This document shows positions 9,748 through 30,546 of a stretch of DNA of 64,000 nt, in pieces. This DNA comes from an uncultured Actinomycetota bacterium (GTDB lineage Bacteria; Actinomycetota; Actinomycetes; BP-191), in assembly GCA_963765815.1 (NCBI GenBank), contig CAVXXT010000008.1, forward strand, positions 434,666 to 498,665. Reading direction: 5' to 3'. Position 1 is the first letter of the stretch. Every line of letters starts with the position of its first letter. Under the pieces are notes generated by a model, which saw nothing but the letters and a program-made list of their open reading frames with translations, ran no database searches and was not told the origin of the DNA. A program made the position numbers and the translations under genes.

Positions 9748-10865
9748 AGCGCGTCACTGCCGTCGTCGTCGCTCTCGTCGCGCTCTTCGCGGTGGCTGGA
9801 GCGGTCGTGCTCAGTCGTCGTGGCGAGGCGACCATCACGATGACGGCGCACTTCACCCGGGCGGTCGGCCTCTACCCGGGCTCCACCGTCCGGGTGCTGG
9901 GAGTCGAGGTAGGCACGATCACCGAGGTCGTCCCGGAGGGGACGACGGTCCGGGTCGAGATGGAGGTGCCGGCTTCCCGGCGGATCCCCGCCGACGCCCG
10001 CGCCCTCGTCGTGCCGCCTTCGCTGGTCAGCGACCGCTACGTGCAGCTGACCCCCGTCTACGCCTCGGGCCCGGTCATGGCCGATGGCGCCGACATCCCG
10101 GTCGAGCGGACCGGTACGCCGGTCGAGCTCGACGCGGTGCTCGCCAGCCTGAACGACCTCACCGTCGCCCTCGGCCCGGACGGCGCCAACCGCGCCGGTG
10201 CTCTGGGCCGGCTGGTCAGCACGGGCGCGAAGAACCTCGGTGGCAACGGCACCGCACTGCACGACGCGCTGCAGGACCTCTCCCTCGCTGTCGGCACGCT
10301 GAGCGGCGGTCGTGAGGACCTGGTCGCGGTGCTCACCCAGCTCGGCGACTTCACGGCGACACTGGCGGAGAGCGACGCGACGGTGCGCGACTTCAACAGC
10401 AGCCTCGCCACGGTGTCCGAGCAGCTCGCCGACGAGCGGGACGAGCTGGGCGCTGCGCTGCGCAACCTCGCCGTCGCGCTCGCTCAGGTGCAGACGTTCG
10501 TCCGCGACAACCGCGGCGCGCTCGTCGAGGGGGTCGACGGCCTCGCCGACGTGACCGGCATCCTGGTCCGGCAGAAGGACTCGCTCACCGAGTTCCTCGA
10601 CGTGGCTCCGCTCGCACTGCAGAACCTGGTCAACACGTTCAACGCGAAGTCCGGGACGCTGGACGCGCGCAACGACTTCCAGCAGTCCGAGAACCCGGCG
10701 CTCTTCGTCTGCGAGCTGCTGGAGGCGCTCGGCGAGGACTGCCCGCTCGCGCCGTCCGGGTCGACCCCCATCCGACCGGCGTCGGCCGGCGCGGGCCCGG
10801 TGTCAGTGACGCCCGTCCGCGACCTGACCCTCGGCGGCATCCTGCTGCCCAAGGACCGTCGATGA
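9744..10865 (+). CDS. mceD: Mce family protein MceD
   Basis: ATG 9744 (ATGA overlap). TM VVVALVALFAVAGAVVL, Mce domain GSTVRVLGVEVGTITEV. Confidence 0.82.
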   Translation: MKRVTAVVVALVALFAVAGAVVLSRRGEATITMTAHFTRAVGLYPGSTVRVLGVEVGTITEVVPEGTTVRVEMEVPASRRIPADARALVVPPSLVSDRYVQLTPVYASGPVMADGADIPVERTGTPVELDAVLASLNDLTVALGPDGANRAGALGRLVSTGAKNLGGNGTALHDALQDLSLAVGTLSGGREDLVAVLTQLGDFTATLAESDATVRDFNSSLATVSEQLADERDELGAALRNLAVALAQVQTFVRDNRGALVEGVDGLADVTGILVRQKDSLTEFLDVAPLALQNLVNTFNAKSGTLDARNDFQQSENPALFVCELLEALGEDCPLAPSGSTPIRPASAGAGPVSVTPVRDLTLGGILLPKDRR

Positions 10866-11989
10866 CCGGCCTGCGCCGCTCGACGCGGCTGGGTCTGGTG
10901 GTGACGCTCGTGGCGTCACTCGCGTCGTGCGAGTTCCACGGCCTGTCGGACGTCACCCTGCCGGGTGGCGCAGCGACCAGCGACGACGTCTACCGCGTCA
11001 CCGTCGTCTTCGACGACGTGCTCGACCTGGTCCAGCAGTCCGCGGTCAAGGTCAACGACGTGACGGTCGGCAGCGTGGAGAAGATCACCCTCGACGGCTA
11101 CCACGCGGTGGTCGTCTGCCGGCTCGAGGACGACGTCGAGCTGCCGGGCGACACCGTGGCGGAGCTGCGCCAGACCTCGCTGCTCGGCGAGAAGTTCGTC
11201 TCTCTCGAGATCCCCGAGTCCGGCGCCGGCGCCGGGACGCTCGCCGACGGCGCCGTCATCCCGGTCTCCCGCACCGACCGCAACCCGGAGGTCGAGGAGC
11301 TGCTCGGGGCGCTGTCCGGGCTGCTCAACGGCGGCGGGGTCGAGCAGCTGCATACCATCTCGGTCGAGCTCGGCGCTGCTCTCGCCGGTCGCGAGGACAA
11401 GGTGCGCGACTTCCTGCGCCAGCTCGACACCTTCGTCGCCGGGCTCGACCGCAGCAAGGCCGACGTGGTGCGCGCCATCGACGCGCTCGACGCCCTGACG
11501 GCGACGCTGGCCCGGCAGAAGCAGACCATCGCCACCGCGCTCGACGAGATCGGCCCCGGCCTCACCGTGCTCGCCGACCAGCGTCAGCACCTGACCGAGA
11601 TGCTGCAGGGGCTGGCCCGGCTCGGTGTCGTCGGCACGAAGGTCATCCGGGCGAGCCGCGCGGACACCGAGGCGGACCTCGCGGCACTCAGACCGATCCT
11701 GGAGAAGCTCGAAGCCGCCGGCGACTACCTCCCGGGCGCTCTGCCGATCATCCTCACCTACCCCTATCCGCCCACGGTCGAGAAGGGGATCCGAGGCGAC
11801 TACGCCGGCCTGAAGATCACCGCCGACCTGGACTTCACGAGGGCGCTCAACAACATCACGTCGTCGCCGAGCACGACGCCCACGACGGCTCCCGGCGCCG
11901 GACCGTTCGATGCGCCCGCTGCCGGCGCGGCGCCGTACGCTGGGCCGATCGGCGACATCCTCGACCTGCTGATGGCGGGGTTGCGATGA
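10862..11989 (+). CDS. mceE: Mce family lipoprotein MceE
   Basis: 375 aa. Lipobox LVASLASC near the N-terminus, Mce domain VKVNDVTVGSVEKITL. MceE is the lipoprotein member in characterised mce operons. Confidence 0.85.
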   Translation: MTGLRRSTRLGLVVTLVASLASCEFHGLSDVTLPGGAATSDDVYRVTVVFDDVLDLVQQSAVKVNDVTVGSVEKITLDGYHAVVVCRLEDDVELPGDTVAELRQTSLLGEKFVSLEIPESGAGAGTLADGAVIPVSRTDRNPEVEELLGALSGLLNGGGVEQLHTISVELGAALAGREDKVRDFLRQLDTFVAGLDRSKADVVRAIDALDALTATLARQKQTIATALDEIGPGLTVLADQRQHLTEMLQGLARLGVVGTKVIRASRADTEADLAALRPILEKLEAAGDYLPGALPIILTYPYPPTVEKGIRGDYAGLKITADLDFTRALNNITSSPSTTPTTAPGAGPFDAPAAGAAPYAGPIGDILDLLMAGLR

Positions 11990-13263
11990 TCCGCCGCGGG
12001 GTCAAGATCCAGCTGCTCGTGTTCGTCCTCGTGTCGGCGCTCGGGATCGTCTACACCGGGCTGAACTTCGTCGGCCTCGACAAGTGGTACCGCCCGGACA
12101 CCTCGGTGAGCGCCCGGTTCAGGGAGTCCGGCGGGATCTTCAGCAACGCGGAGGTCACCTACCGCGGCGTGCCCGTCGGGCGGGTCGGCGACCTCGAGCT
12201 GCGACCGGACGGCGTGTCCGTCGAGCTGCTGCTCGAACGAGGCGTGAAGGTGCCCACGGCGGTCCGCGCGGTCGTCGAGAACCGGTCGGCGGTCGGCGAG
12301 CAGTACGTCGACCTCCAGCCGACCCGCTCCGGTCCGCCGTACCTCTCCGCGGGTGACGAGATCCCGCTGGCGGACACGCAGATCCCGCTGCGCGTCGACG
12401 AGGTGCTGCTGAACCTCGACCGCTTCGCGCGGTCGGTCGACACCGCCGAGCTGGCCGTCGTCGTCGACGAGCTCGGCCAGGCGTTCACCGGGCTCGGGCC
12501 CGATCTCGCCCGGCTGATCGACGAGGGCAACGCGCTCACCGAGGCGGTGACCTCGGCGCTGCCGCAGACGGTGCGGCTGATCGACGACGGCAGGACGGTG
12601 CTCGCGACCCAGCAGCAGTCCAGTGACGAGCTGCGCCGGTTCAGCGCCGGCCTCGCCGCGCTGAGCGCCCAGCTGAGGGCGAGTGATCCCGACCTGCGCG
12701 CGACGCTCGACCAGGGGATCCTCGCCGCCCGCGAGCTCGACACCCTCCTCCGCACGGTGCGGCCGGGCCTCGGCGTCCTGCTCGGCAACCTGGTCACCGT
12801 CGGCGAGATCCAGGCCGCGCGGATCCCCGCTCTGCGCGAGATCTTCATCAACTACCCGCTCGCGGTGACCTCAGGCGACGTCGTCGCGCCCGGCGACGCC
12901 ACCGCGCACTTCGGCCTGGCCTTCGGCGAGGGCGGGCCGTGCACCGTCGGGTACGAGTCCACGCCGCGTCGTACGGCGTTCGACACCGCGCCGCGCCGGC
13001 CGAACCTCGACACCGACTGCCGCGAGCCCAGCGACAGCCCGAACGACGTCCGCGGCTCCCGCAACGCCCCAACGCCCAACGGCCGGCGCGGCGCGGACCC
13101 GCCGGGCGGTCCGCAGACGAAGGTCGGCACCTATGATCCGTTCAGCGGTCTGCTGACCGCACCGAGCGGGGAGCAGGTGCTGCTCGGCTCCTCCGGCGGC
13201 CAGGAGCGCTCGCTGGGCCGTGAGTCGTGGAAGTCCCTCCTGCTCGCGTCGCTGTTCGGCTGA
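11986..13263 (+). CDS. mceF: Mce family protein MceF
   Basis: ATG 11986 (ATGA overlap). The upstream part of track ORF 10927.. is out-of-frame overlap with mceE. TM IQLLVFVLVSALGIVYTGL, Mce domain NAEVTYRGVPVGRVGDLEL, P/G/R-rich C-terminus. Confidence 0.82.
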   Translation: MIRRGVKIQLLVFVLVSALGIVYTGLNFVGLDKWYRPDTSVSARFRESGGIFSNAEVTYRGVPVGRVGDLELRPDGVSVELLLERGVKVPTAVRAVVENRSAVGEQYVDLQPTRSGPPYLSAGDEIPLADTQIPLRVDEVLLNLDRFARSVDTAELAVVVDELGQAFTGLGPDLARLIDEGNALTEAVTSALPQTVRLIDDGRTVLATQQQSSDELRRFSAGLAALSAQLRASDPDLRATLDQGILAARELDTLLRTVRPGLGVLLGNLVTVGEIQAARIPALREIFINYPLAVTSGDVVAPGDATAHFGLAFGEGGPCTVGYESTPRRTAFDTAPRRPNLDTDCREPSDSPNDVRGSRNAPTPNGRRGADPPGGPQTKVGTYDPFSGLLTAPSGEQVLLGSSGGQERSLGRESWKSLLLASLFG

Positions 13264-13295
13264 CCCGCCCGCCCACCCGAGCCACGAGGACGCCC

Positions 13296-14042
13296 GTGCC
13301 CGAGCCCGAGGACGTCGTGCGCGACGTGCTGGCCGGCACCGTGTGGGCTCCGCACGAGGCCCGAACCGCCGCGGAGCCGCCGGCGCTGCCCCCGGTCGTC
13401 GAGCTGACCTTCCCTGAGACGACCGTCGTGGCGCCGATCGTCCTCGAGCCGGTCGCACCACCGGAGGCCGTCCCCGAAGCGGTCGAGGTCGACGGCGCGC
13501 CGGCCGGGGACGAGCCCAACGAGGCGGACCCCCGCCCGACCGCGCCCCGCGACCGCCGGGGCACCGCGCTGCTCACCGCGCTCGCGCTCGTCGTGATCGC
13601 GCTCGGGGTCACCTCCGCCGTCCTCGTCCGCGCCGTGCGCCGTCACGACGCCGAGTCCGACCGGCGCACCGCGGCGGTCACGGCGGCACGCCAGGCCGCA
13701 GTGAACTTCACGACGATCGACTACCGCACGCTCGACCGAGACCTGGCCAGGGTGGCCGACGGTGCGACCGGCGACTTCCGGCGGGAGTTCACCACGCAGG
13801 CCACGTCGAAGGAGTTCACCGACCGTGTGCGCACGACGAAGGTCGTGTCGACGGGCGAGGTGCTCGATGCCGCGGTCACGGACCTGTCCCGGGACCGCGC
13901 GGTCGTGCTGGTGATCGCCGACAGCACCGTGACCAACTCGAGCCTGCCCGCGCCGGGCGCCGTGCGGCACGTCCGCCTGCGGCTGACGATGACGCTGGTG
14001 CGCGGCCACTGGCTGGTGTCCGACCTGGCGCCCGCGGCATGA
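13296..14042 (+). CDS. Mce-associated membrane protein (Mas-like)
   Basis: GTG 13296 after GAGGA (start uncertain; track ORF begins 13227). Pro-rich N-terminus, single TM ALLTALALVVIALGVTSAVLV, then a SnoaL-like tail (AAVNFTTIDYRTLDRDL..RLTMTLVRGHWLVSDL) typical of proteins trailing mce operons. Confidence 0.7.
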   Translation: MPEPEDVVRDVLAGTVWAPHEARTAAEPPALPPVVELTFPETTVVAPIVLEPVAPPEAVPEAVEVDGAPAGDEPNEADPRPTAPRDRRGTALLTALALVVIALGVTSAVLVRAVRRHDAESDRRTAAVTAARQAAVNFTTIDYRTLDRDLARVADGATGDFRREFTTQATSKEFTDRVRTTKVVSTGEVLDAAVTDLSRDRAVVLVIADSTVTNSSLPAPGAVRHVRLRLTMTLVRGHWLVSDLAPAA

Positions 14043-14530
14043 CCCGATCCCGCCGTACGACGGCCCTGCTGGCTGCTCTGGTCGCGGCCGCGGTGGTCCT
14101 GCTCGGGGTGACCGGCTGGGCCGCGGTCCAGCTGCGCGACCGTCGACTGGTCGCTGCCGCGCGCACCGATGCCCTGGCCGCCGCTCGGATCGCGGCGGTC
14201 GAGCTGCTCTCCTACGACTACCGGCGCCTCGACGCGGACTTCGCCCGGGCCAGGAAGCACGTCACCGGCCGCTTCGCCGAGGAGTACGCGACGACGACCG
14301 AGAAGACCGTGCGGCCGACGGCGACCCGCTACCAGGCGGTGGTCGAGGCGAGCCTGGTCGACGCGGGCGTCCGGTCGGCGTCCCGGGACCGGGTCGTGGT
14401 CCTGGTCTTCGTCAACCAGGTCAGCCGCAACACCCGCCTCGCCGCCCCGCAGATCGACCAGAACCGGGTCCGCATGACGCTGAGCCTGGTCGACGGGCAG
14501 TGGCGGGTCTCCGAGGTCGACGCTCTGTAG
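14039..14530 (+). CDS. Mce-associated membrane protein (Mas-like)
   Basis: ATGA overlap with the previous gene. 163 aa, TM ALLAALVAAAVVLLGVTGWAAV, paralogous tail (ELLSYDYRRLDADF..RMTLSLVDGQWRVSEVD). Confidence 0.75.
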   Translation: MTRSRRTTALLAALVAAAVVLLGVTGWAAVQLRDRRLVAAARTDALAAARIAAVELLSYDYRRLDADFARARKHVTGRFAEEYATTTEKTVRPTATRYQAVVEASLVDAGVRSASRDRVVVLVFVNQVSRNTRLAAPQIDQNRVRMTLSLVDGQWRVSEVDAL

Positions 14531-14631
14531 TCGCCCTGGGACGCGCCTCGCCGTACCCGGCTGGGTGCTTGACGGGGGTATCCGCGCGCGGTTTCCTGAT
14601 CGGGTTCGTGAATACCGTCGAGCACGTGGAA

Positions 14632-14660
14632 TCGACAGCGGTCTAGCCAGCGGCTAGACT
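14632..14660 (+). promoter_or_regulatory. candidate sigma-A-type promoter upstream of rpoB
   Basis: TCGACA - 17 nt - TAGACT, about 100 nt upstream of the rpoB start. The spacer carries a small palindrome tctagcc-agc-ggctaga. Sequence match only. Confidence 0.3.
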
Positions 14661-14767
14661 GCCCCTTTGCCCTGCCCAAACCTCCGGTCGCTTCATATGG
14701 CGGTAGCCGACCGGGGGCCGCTCGTGCGCGCCCGTGTGCATGAGTGTGTGCCCCGGAAGGACGTTCC

Positions 14768-18169
<3,402 letters not shown>

Positions 18170-18206
18170 CGCGCCACCTCGCACAGCCAACTGCCATAGC
18201 CACTGA

Positions 18207-22110
<3,904 letters not shown>

Positions 22111-22120
22111 TCAGCCACGA

Positions 22121-22158
22121 CCGAGAGGGCCGTCTCCTTCGGGAGGCGGCCCTCTCGG
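22121..22158. terminator. bidirectional terminator hairpin between convergent rpoC and mug
   Basis: 17-bp stem ccgagagggccgtctcc / ggaggcggccctctcgg (one G-U pair), loop ttcg. Starts 11 nt after the rpoC stop and ends 5 nt before the mug stop. Confidence 0.6.
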
Positions 22159-22162
22159 CGTC

Positions 22163-22738
22163 TCAGGTGTGTCCGTCCAGGAACTCGCGGACCTCGCCGT
22201 ACACCCGGGCCAGGTCGGCGAGCTGGTAGTGGGCGTTGAGCCCGCTCGGGTTGGGCAGCAGCCACACGACGGTCTCGCCGATCCGCTCCGGCTGGCGGCC
22301 GACCGTCGCCTTCGCGGTGCCGAACGCGGTGCGGTAGGCGCCCAGGCCGAGGAAAGCGACCACTCGGGGTCGCCACGTCGCCACCGTCTCCTCGATCCGC
22401 GCCCGGCCGGCGCGGACCTGCTCGGCGGTGAGCTCGTCCGCTCTCGCGGTGGCGAAGTTCACGACGTTGGTGACGCCGATGCCGAGGGAGAGCAGCTCCG
22501 CGCCCTCGCTCGGGTGCAGGCGTCTGGGTGTCAGCCCGGCGAGGTGCAGGGTGGGCCAGAGCCGGTTGGCCGGGTTGCCGAAGTGGCAGCCGGCCGCCGC
22601 TGACCACAGGCTCGGGTTGATGCCGCAGAGCAGCAGCCGCAGGCCGGGCGCCACCAGGTCGGGGACAGGCTGGCCGTACGCCGCCTGCAATTCCTCCCGT
22701 GAGGGGCGCGGATAGCTCTCGGGGGTCGGTGGGCTCAC
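22163..22738 (-). CDS. mug: G/U mismatch-specific uracil-DNA glycosylase (family 2 UDG, Mug)
   Basis: C-terminal 191 aa of track ORF 22163..23299, start set at GTG 22738. Motifs [12 protein letters not shown] and [10 protein letters not shown]. The longer ORF runs antisense through rpsL and was trimmed. Confidence 0.8.
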   Translation of the reverse strand: MSPPTPESYPRPSREELQAAYGQPVPDLVAPGLRLLLCGINPSLWSAAAGCHFGNPANRLWPTLHLAGLTPRRLHPSEGAELLSLGIGVTNVVNFATARADELTAEQVRAGRARIEETVATWRPRVVAFLGLGAYRTAFGTAKATVGRQPERIGETVVWLLPNPSGLNAHYQLADLARVYGEVREFLDGHT

Positions 22739-23068
22739 CCGCCGGACTGTGCCACCCGCGGCCCGGGGAGGGGGGAGACCGCTCGCTCGGGCGCGTCGCG
22801 CCGGCTCCCTGGTACGGCCGTGGTATCCGCGCTTTGACCCGTCCGGCGCAACCCGGTAAGGTTCCCCCTTGTGCCTGGGGTGACCTGGGCACTTCCGAGC
22901 GCCCGGACCACGGCTCTCACGGTCACGGTGGCGCATCCCTCCCTCCCGAACGACTCGGGCGGGGTCGAGGATGCGACACACCCGACCGCGTGGGTCGGCC
23001 GCGGAGCACGGACGCACGGCCTCACGACGCACCACCCCACGACGCACCACGACGAGAAGGACGACCGC

Positions 23069-23442
<374 letters not shown>

Positions 23443-23443
<1 letters not shown>

Positions 23444-23913
23444 TGCCTCGCAAGGGACCCGCGCCGAAGCACCCGGTCATCAACGACCCGGTCTACGGCT
23501 CGCCGATCGTCACCTCGCTCGTCAACAAGGTGCTCCTCGCCGGCAAGAAGTCGACCGCCGAGCGCATCGTGTACGGCGCCCTCGAGGGCTGCCGCGAGAA
23601 GACCGGCACCGATCCGGTCATCACGCTCAAGCGCGCCCTCGACAACGTCAAGCCGACCCTCGAGGTCAAGAGCCGCCGCGTCGGCGGTGCGACGTACCAG
23701 GTGCCGATCGAGGTCAAGCCCGGCCGGGCCACCACGCTCGCCCTGCGCTGGCTGATCCAGTACTCCCGCGCTCGCCGCGAGAAGACCATGACCGAGCGCC
23801 TGATGAACGAGCTGCTCGACGCCTCCAACGGCCTCGGCGCGGCCGTGAAGAAGCGCGAAGACACCCACAAGATGGCGGAGTCCAACAAGGCCTTCGCGCA
23901 CTACCGCTGGTAA
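23443..23913 (+). CDS. rpsG: 30S ribosomal protein S7
   Basis: GTG 23443 overlapping the rps[40 protein letters not shown], ends AFAHYRW. Confidence 0.95.
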
Positions 23914-23939
23914 CTGACGGAAGCGACGAGAACCTCATC

Positions 23940-26030
<2,091 letters not shown>

Positions 26031-26112
26031 GCCCCATCGCCCGGCACCTCGGGCGCACCCCCGTCCCAGCGATCCGTCGTAACGGCAAGAAGCACCGTCC
26101 AAGGAGGACAGC

Positions 26113-27306
<1,194 letters not shown>

Positions 27307-27330
27307 CACCAGCACCAGCACTCAGCACGC

Positions 27331-27370
27331 GCGGTACGGCGGCGGAGCGAAGCGACCGCCGCCGTACCGC
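27331..27370 (+). terminator. terminator/attenuator hairpin after tuf
   Basis: Perfect 15-bp stem gcggtacggcggcgg / ccgccgccgtaccgc, 10-nt loop, 25 nt after the tuf stop. No U-tract. Confidence 0.55.
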
Positions 27371-27411
27371 GAAACTCAGTCGGCAGCAAGAAAGAGACAG
27401 GGACACGCCAC

Positions 27412-27720
27412 ATGGCGGGACAGAAGATCCGGATCCGGCTCAAGGCCTACGACCACGAGATCATCGACAGCTCGGCGCGCAAGATCGTCGAGACGGTGAC
27501 GCGCACCGGTGCGCAGGTCGCTGGTCCGGTGCCGCTGCCGACCGAGAAGAACATCTACTGCGTCATCCGCTCGCCGCACAAGTACAAGGACTCTCGCGAG
27601 CACTTCGAGATGCGCACGCACAAGCGGCTCATCGACATCCTCGACCCGACGCCCAAGACGGTGGACTCGCTCATGCGACTCGACCTGCCGGCGGGCGTCG
27701 ACATCGAGATCAAGCTGTAA
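27412..27720 (+). CDS. rpsJ: 30S ribosomal protein S10
   Basis: 102 aa. [52 protein letters not shown]. Confidence 0.96.
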   Translation: MAGQKIRIRLKAYDHEIIDSSARKIVETVTRTGAQVAGPVPLPTEKNIYCVIRSPHKYKDSREHFEMRTHKRLIDILDPTPKTVDSLMRLDLPAGVDIEIKL

Positions 27721-27735
27721 GGGACTCCTGACGTC

Positions 27736-28401
27736 ATGGCATCGCAGATCAAGGGGATCCTGGGCGAGAAGGTCGGCATGACCCAGGTCTTCGGCGCGGA
27801 CAACCGGGTGGTACCGGTGACCGTGGTGAAGGCCGGGCCGTGCGTGGTCACCCAGGTGCGCACGCCCGCCGTCGACGGCTACTCGGCCGTCCAGCTGGCG
27901 TACGGCGCGATCGACCCGCGCAAGGTCAACAAGCCGACGCAGGGTCACTTCCGCAAGTCCGGCGTGCCCGCGCGGCGCCACGTGCAGGAGCTGCGCACCG
28001 CTGACGCCTCGACCTACGAGGTCGGCCAGGAGGTGACGGTCGAGGTGTTCGAGGCCGGCACCAAGGTCGACGTCGTCGGCACGAGCCGCGGCAAGGGCTA
28101 CGCCGGCGTCATGAAGCGGCACAACTTCCACGGCCTGGGCGCCGGCCACGGCGTGCAGCGCAAGCACCGGTCGCCGGGCTCCATCGGCGCCTGCGCCACG
28201 CCCGCGCGCGTCTTCAAGGGCACCCGCATGGCCGGCCGCATGGGTCACGAGCGCGTCACCGTGCTGGGCCTCACGGTCCACTCGGTGGACACCGAGCGCG
28301 GCCTGCTGCTGATCAAGGGCGCGGTTCCGGGCCCGGTGGGCGGCCTGATCACCGTCCGCAGCGCCGTCAAGACCAAGGCCTCCAGGGTGGTGAAGGCATG
28401 A
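27736..28401 (+). CDS. rplC: 50S ribosomal protein L3
   Basis: 221 aa. [29 protein letters not shown]. Confidence 0.95.
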   Translation: MASQIKGILGEKVGMTQVFGADNRVVPVTVVKAGPCVVTQVRTPAVDGYSAVQLAYGAIDPRKVNKPTQGHFRKSGVPARRHVQELRTADASTYEVGQEVTVEVFEAGTKVDVVGTSRGKGYAGVMKRHNFHGLGAGHGVQRKHRSPGSIGACATPARVFKGTRMAGRMGHERVTVLGLTVHSVDTERGLLLIKGAVPGPVGGLITVRSAVKTKASRVVKA

Positions 28402-29123
28402 CCACGAAGACCCTCAGCGTCAAGGACCACACCGGCGCCGACACGGGCAGCGTCGAGCTTCCCGACGCGGTGTTCGACGTGACCGCCAACGTGCCGCTGA
28501 TGCACCAGGTCGTCGTCGCGCAGCTCGCGGCCGCGCGCCAGGGCACGCACAAGACGAAGACGCGCGGCGAGGTTCGCGGCGGCGGCAAGAAGCCCTACCG
28601 GCAGAAGGGCACCGGTCGCGCCCGTCAGGGCTCGATCCGCGCACCCCAGTTCGCCGGCGGCGGCGTCGTGCACGGCCCCGTGCCGCGTGACTACTCGCAG
28701 CGCACGCCCAAGAAGATGAAGCAGGCCGCCCTCCGCGGTGCGCTCTCCGACCGGGCCCGCGGCAACCACGTCCACGTGGTGAGCTTCGGCGCCGCTGGCG
28801 AGACGCCGTCGACCAAGACCGCGGTCGCCGCGCTCAAGGCGCTGGGCGTGGGCAAGAACGTGCTCGTCGTGGCTGGTCGCGAGGACGCGCTGTGGAAGAG
28901 CCTGCGCAACGTGCCGAGCGTGCACCTGCTCGCGCCGGGCCAGCTCAACACCTACGACGTGCTCGTCAGCGACGACGTCATCTTCACCGAGGTGTCGCTC
29001 GCGGCGTATCTCGCCGGTGCCCCGAAGGGGCGCTCGGCCAAGGCGACCGCACGCTCGAGCGAGCTCGTCAGCACCGAGTCGGCCGCCGACGCGCCGACGA
29101 CCACCGAGGAGGCCGGCCAGTGA
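28398..29123 (+). CDS. rplD: 50S ribosomal protein L4
   Basis: 241 aa. [45 protein letters not shown]. Short acidic tail [17 protein letters not shown]. Confidence 0.95.
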   Translation: MTTKTLSVKDHTGADTGSVELPDAVFDVTANVPLMHQVVVAQLAAARQGTHKTKTRGEVRGGGKKPYRQKGTGRARQGSIRAPQFAGGGVVHGPVPRDYSQRTPKKMKQAALRGALSDRARGNHVHVVSFGAAGETPSTKTAVAALKALGVGKNVLVVAGREDALWKSLRNVPSVHLLAPGQLNTYDVLVSDDVIFTEVSLAAYLAGAPKGRSAKATARSSELVSTESAADAPTTTEEAGQ

Positions 29124-29417
29124 TCCCCGACCCGCGGGACGTCATCCTGCGCCCGGTCATCTCGGAGAAGAGCTACGGCCTGCTCGACGGGAACAAGTAC
29201 ACGTTCCTCGTCGCGCCCGACGCCAACAAGACCGAGATCAAGATCGCGATCGAGAAGATCTTCGGCGTCAAGGTCACCGACGTGAACACGATCAATCGCA
29301 AGGGCAAGCGCAAGCGCACCAAGTTCGGCTACGGCACCCGCAGCGACACCAAGCGGGCCGATCGTCAGCCTGGCCGAGGGCGATCGCATCGAGATCTTCG
29401 GCGGACCGGGAGCCTGA
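29120..29417 (+). pseudogene. rplW: 50S ribosomal protein L23 with +1 frameshift at about 29360 (as sequenced)
   Basis: GTG 29120 (GTGA overlap with rplD). [51 protein letters not shown]. After gcc-g-atc the +1 frame reads [18 protein letters not shown] and stops at TGA 29415-29417. Length 298 = 3n+1. In the unshifted frame the ORF reads through into rplB (track ORF 28892..30250). Confidence 0.88.
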
Positions 29418-29419
29418 CG

Positions 29420-30250
29420 ATGGGTATTCGCAAGTACAAGCCGACGACGCCTGGGCGTCGTGGCTCGAGCGTGGCCGACTTCGTCGAGGTCACCCGCTCC
29501 GAGCCGGAGAAGTCGCTCGTCCGCCCGCTGCACAACAAGGGTGGCCGCAACTCCTACGGTCGCGTCACGACGCGGCACCAGGGCGGCGGTCACAAGCGCG
29601 CGTACCGGGTCATCGACTTCCGACGTGACAAGGACGGCGTGCCGGCCAAGGTCGCGCACATCGAGTACGACCCGAACCGCACGGCGCGCATCGCGCTGCT
29701 GCACTACGCCGACGGCGAGAAGCGCTACATCGTGGCGCCCAACCGCCTGGCGCAGGGCGACACCGTTGTCAGCGGCCCGTCGTCGGACATCAAGCCCGGC
29801 AACGCGCTGCCGCTTCGCAACATCCCGGTCGGCACGGTGATCCACAACGTGGAGCTCCGTCCCGGCGGCGGCTCGAAGATCGCCCGGTCCGCCGGCGCGA
29901 GCGTCCAGCTGGTCGCGAAGGACGGGCCGTACGCGCAGCTGCGCATGCCGTCCGGGGAGATCCGCAACGTCGACCTGCGCTGCCGCGCGACGGTCGGCGA
30001 GGTGGGCAACGCCGAGCAGTCGAACATCAACTGGGGCAAGGCCGGCCGCATGCGGTGGAAGGGCAAGCGCCCGACCGTCCGCGGTGTCGCCATGAACCCG
30101 GTCGACCACCCGCACGGCGGTGGCGAGGGCAAGACCTCCGGTGGTCGTCACCCGACGACGCCGTGGGGCAAGCCCGAGGGTCGCACCCGCAAGCACAAGC
30201 CAAGCGACGCGCTGATCGTGCGTCGCCGCCGTACGAACAAGAAGCGCTAG
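29420..30250 (+). CDS. rplB: 50S ribosomal protein L2
   Basis: ATG 29420. [51 protein letters not shown]. Confidence 0.95.
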   Translation: MGIRKYKPTTPGRRGSSVADFVEVTRSEPEKSLVRPLHNKGGRNSYGRVTTRHQGGGHKRAYRVIDFRRDKDGVPAKVAHIEYDPNRTARIALLHYADGEKRYIVAPNRLAQGDTVVSGPSSDIKPGNALPLRNIPVGTVIHNVELRPGGGSKIARSAGASVQLVAKDGPYAQLRMPSGEIRNVDLRCRATVGEVGNAEQSNINWGKAGRMRWKGKRPTVRGVAMNPVDHPHGGGEGKTSGGRHPTTPWGKPEGRTRKHKPSDALIVRRRRTNKKR

Positions 30251-30264
30251 GGGAGTAGTTCGCG

Positions 30265-30546
30265 ATGCCGCGCAGCCTGAAGAAGGGCCCCTTCGTCGAC
30301 GACCACCTGCTCAAGAAGGTGGACGAGCAGAACGCAAAGGGCTCCAAGAACGTGATCAAGACCTGGTCGCGTCGTTCCACGATCATCCCCGACATGCTCG
30401 GGCACACGATCGCGGTGCACGACGGTCGCAAGCACGTCCCGGTCTTCGTCACCGAGGGCATGGTCGGGCACAAGCTCGGCGAGTTCTCCCCGACCCGCAC
30501 GTTCCGCGGGCACGTCAAGGACGAGCGGAGGGCACGTCGTGGCTGA
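30265..30546 (+). CDS. rpsS: 30S ribosomal protein S19
   Basis: 93 aa. [36 protein letters not shown]. Confidence 0.96.
   Translation: MPRSLKKGPFVDDHLLKKVDEQNAKGSKNVIKTWSRRSTIIPDMLGHTIAVHDGRKHVPVFVTEGMVGHKLGEFSPTRTFRGHVKDERRARRG

Noticed and set aside
10927-11985. The first ~350 aa of track ORF 10927..13263 as an extended MceF. The upstream extensions of ORFs 8635.., 9657.., 50512.., 52568.. and 60976.. are the same kind of case.
   Set aside because: These are Arg/Pro-rich off-frame overlaps with the preceding gene. Each real gene starts at an ATG or GTG forming a 4-bp overlap with the upstream stop, or following an SD, and begins with a TM segment, signal peptide or conserved N-terminus.
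28892-30250. Single 452-aa ORF that looks like an L23-L2 fusion protein.
   Set aside because: It is a read-through created by the one-base insertion at 29360. The shifted frame gives the normal L23 C-terminus and stop, and rplB has its own ATG at 29420.
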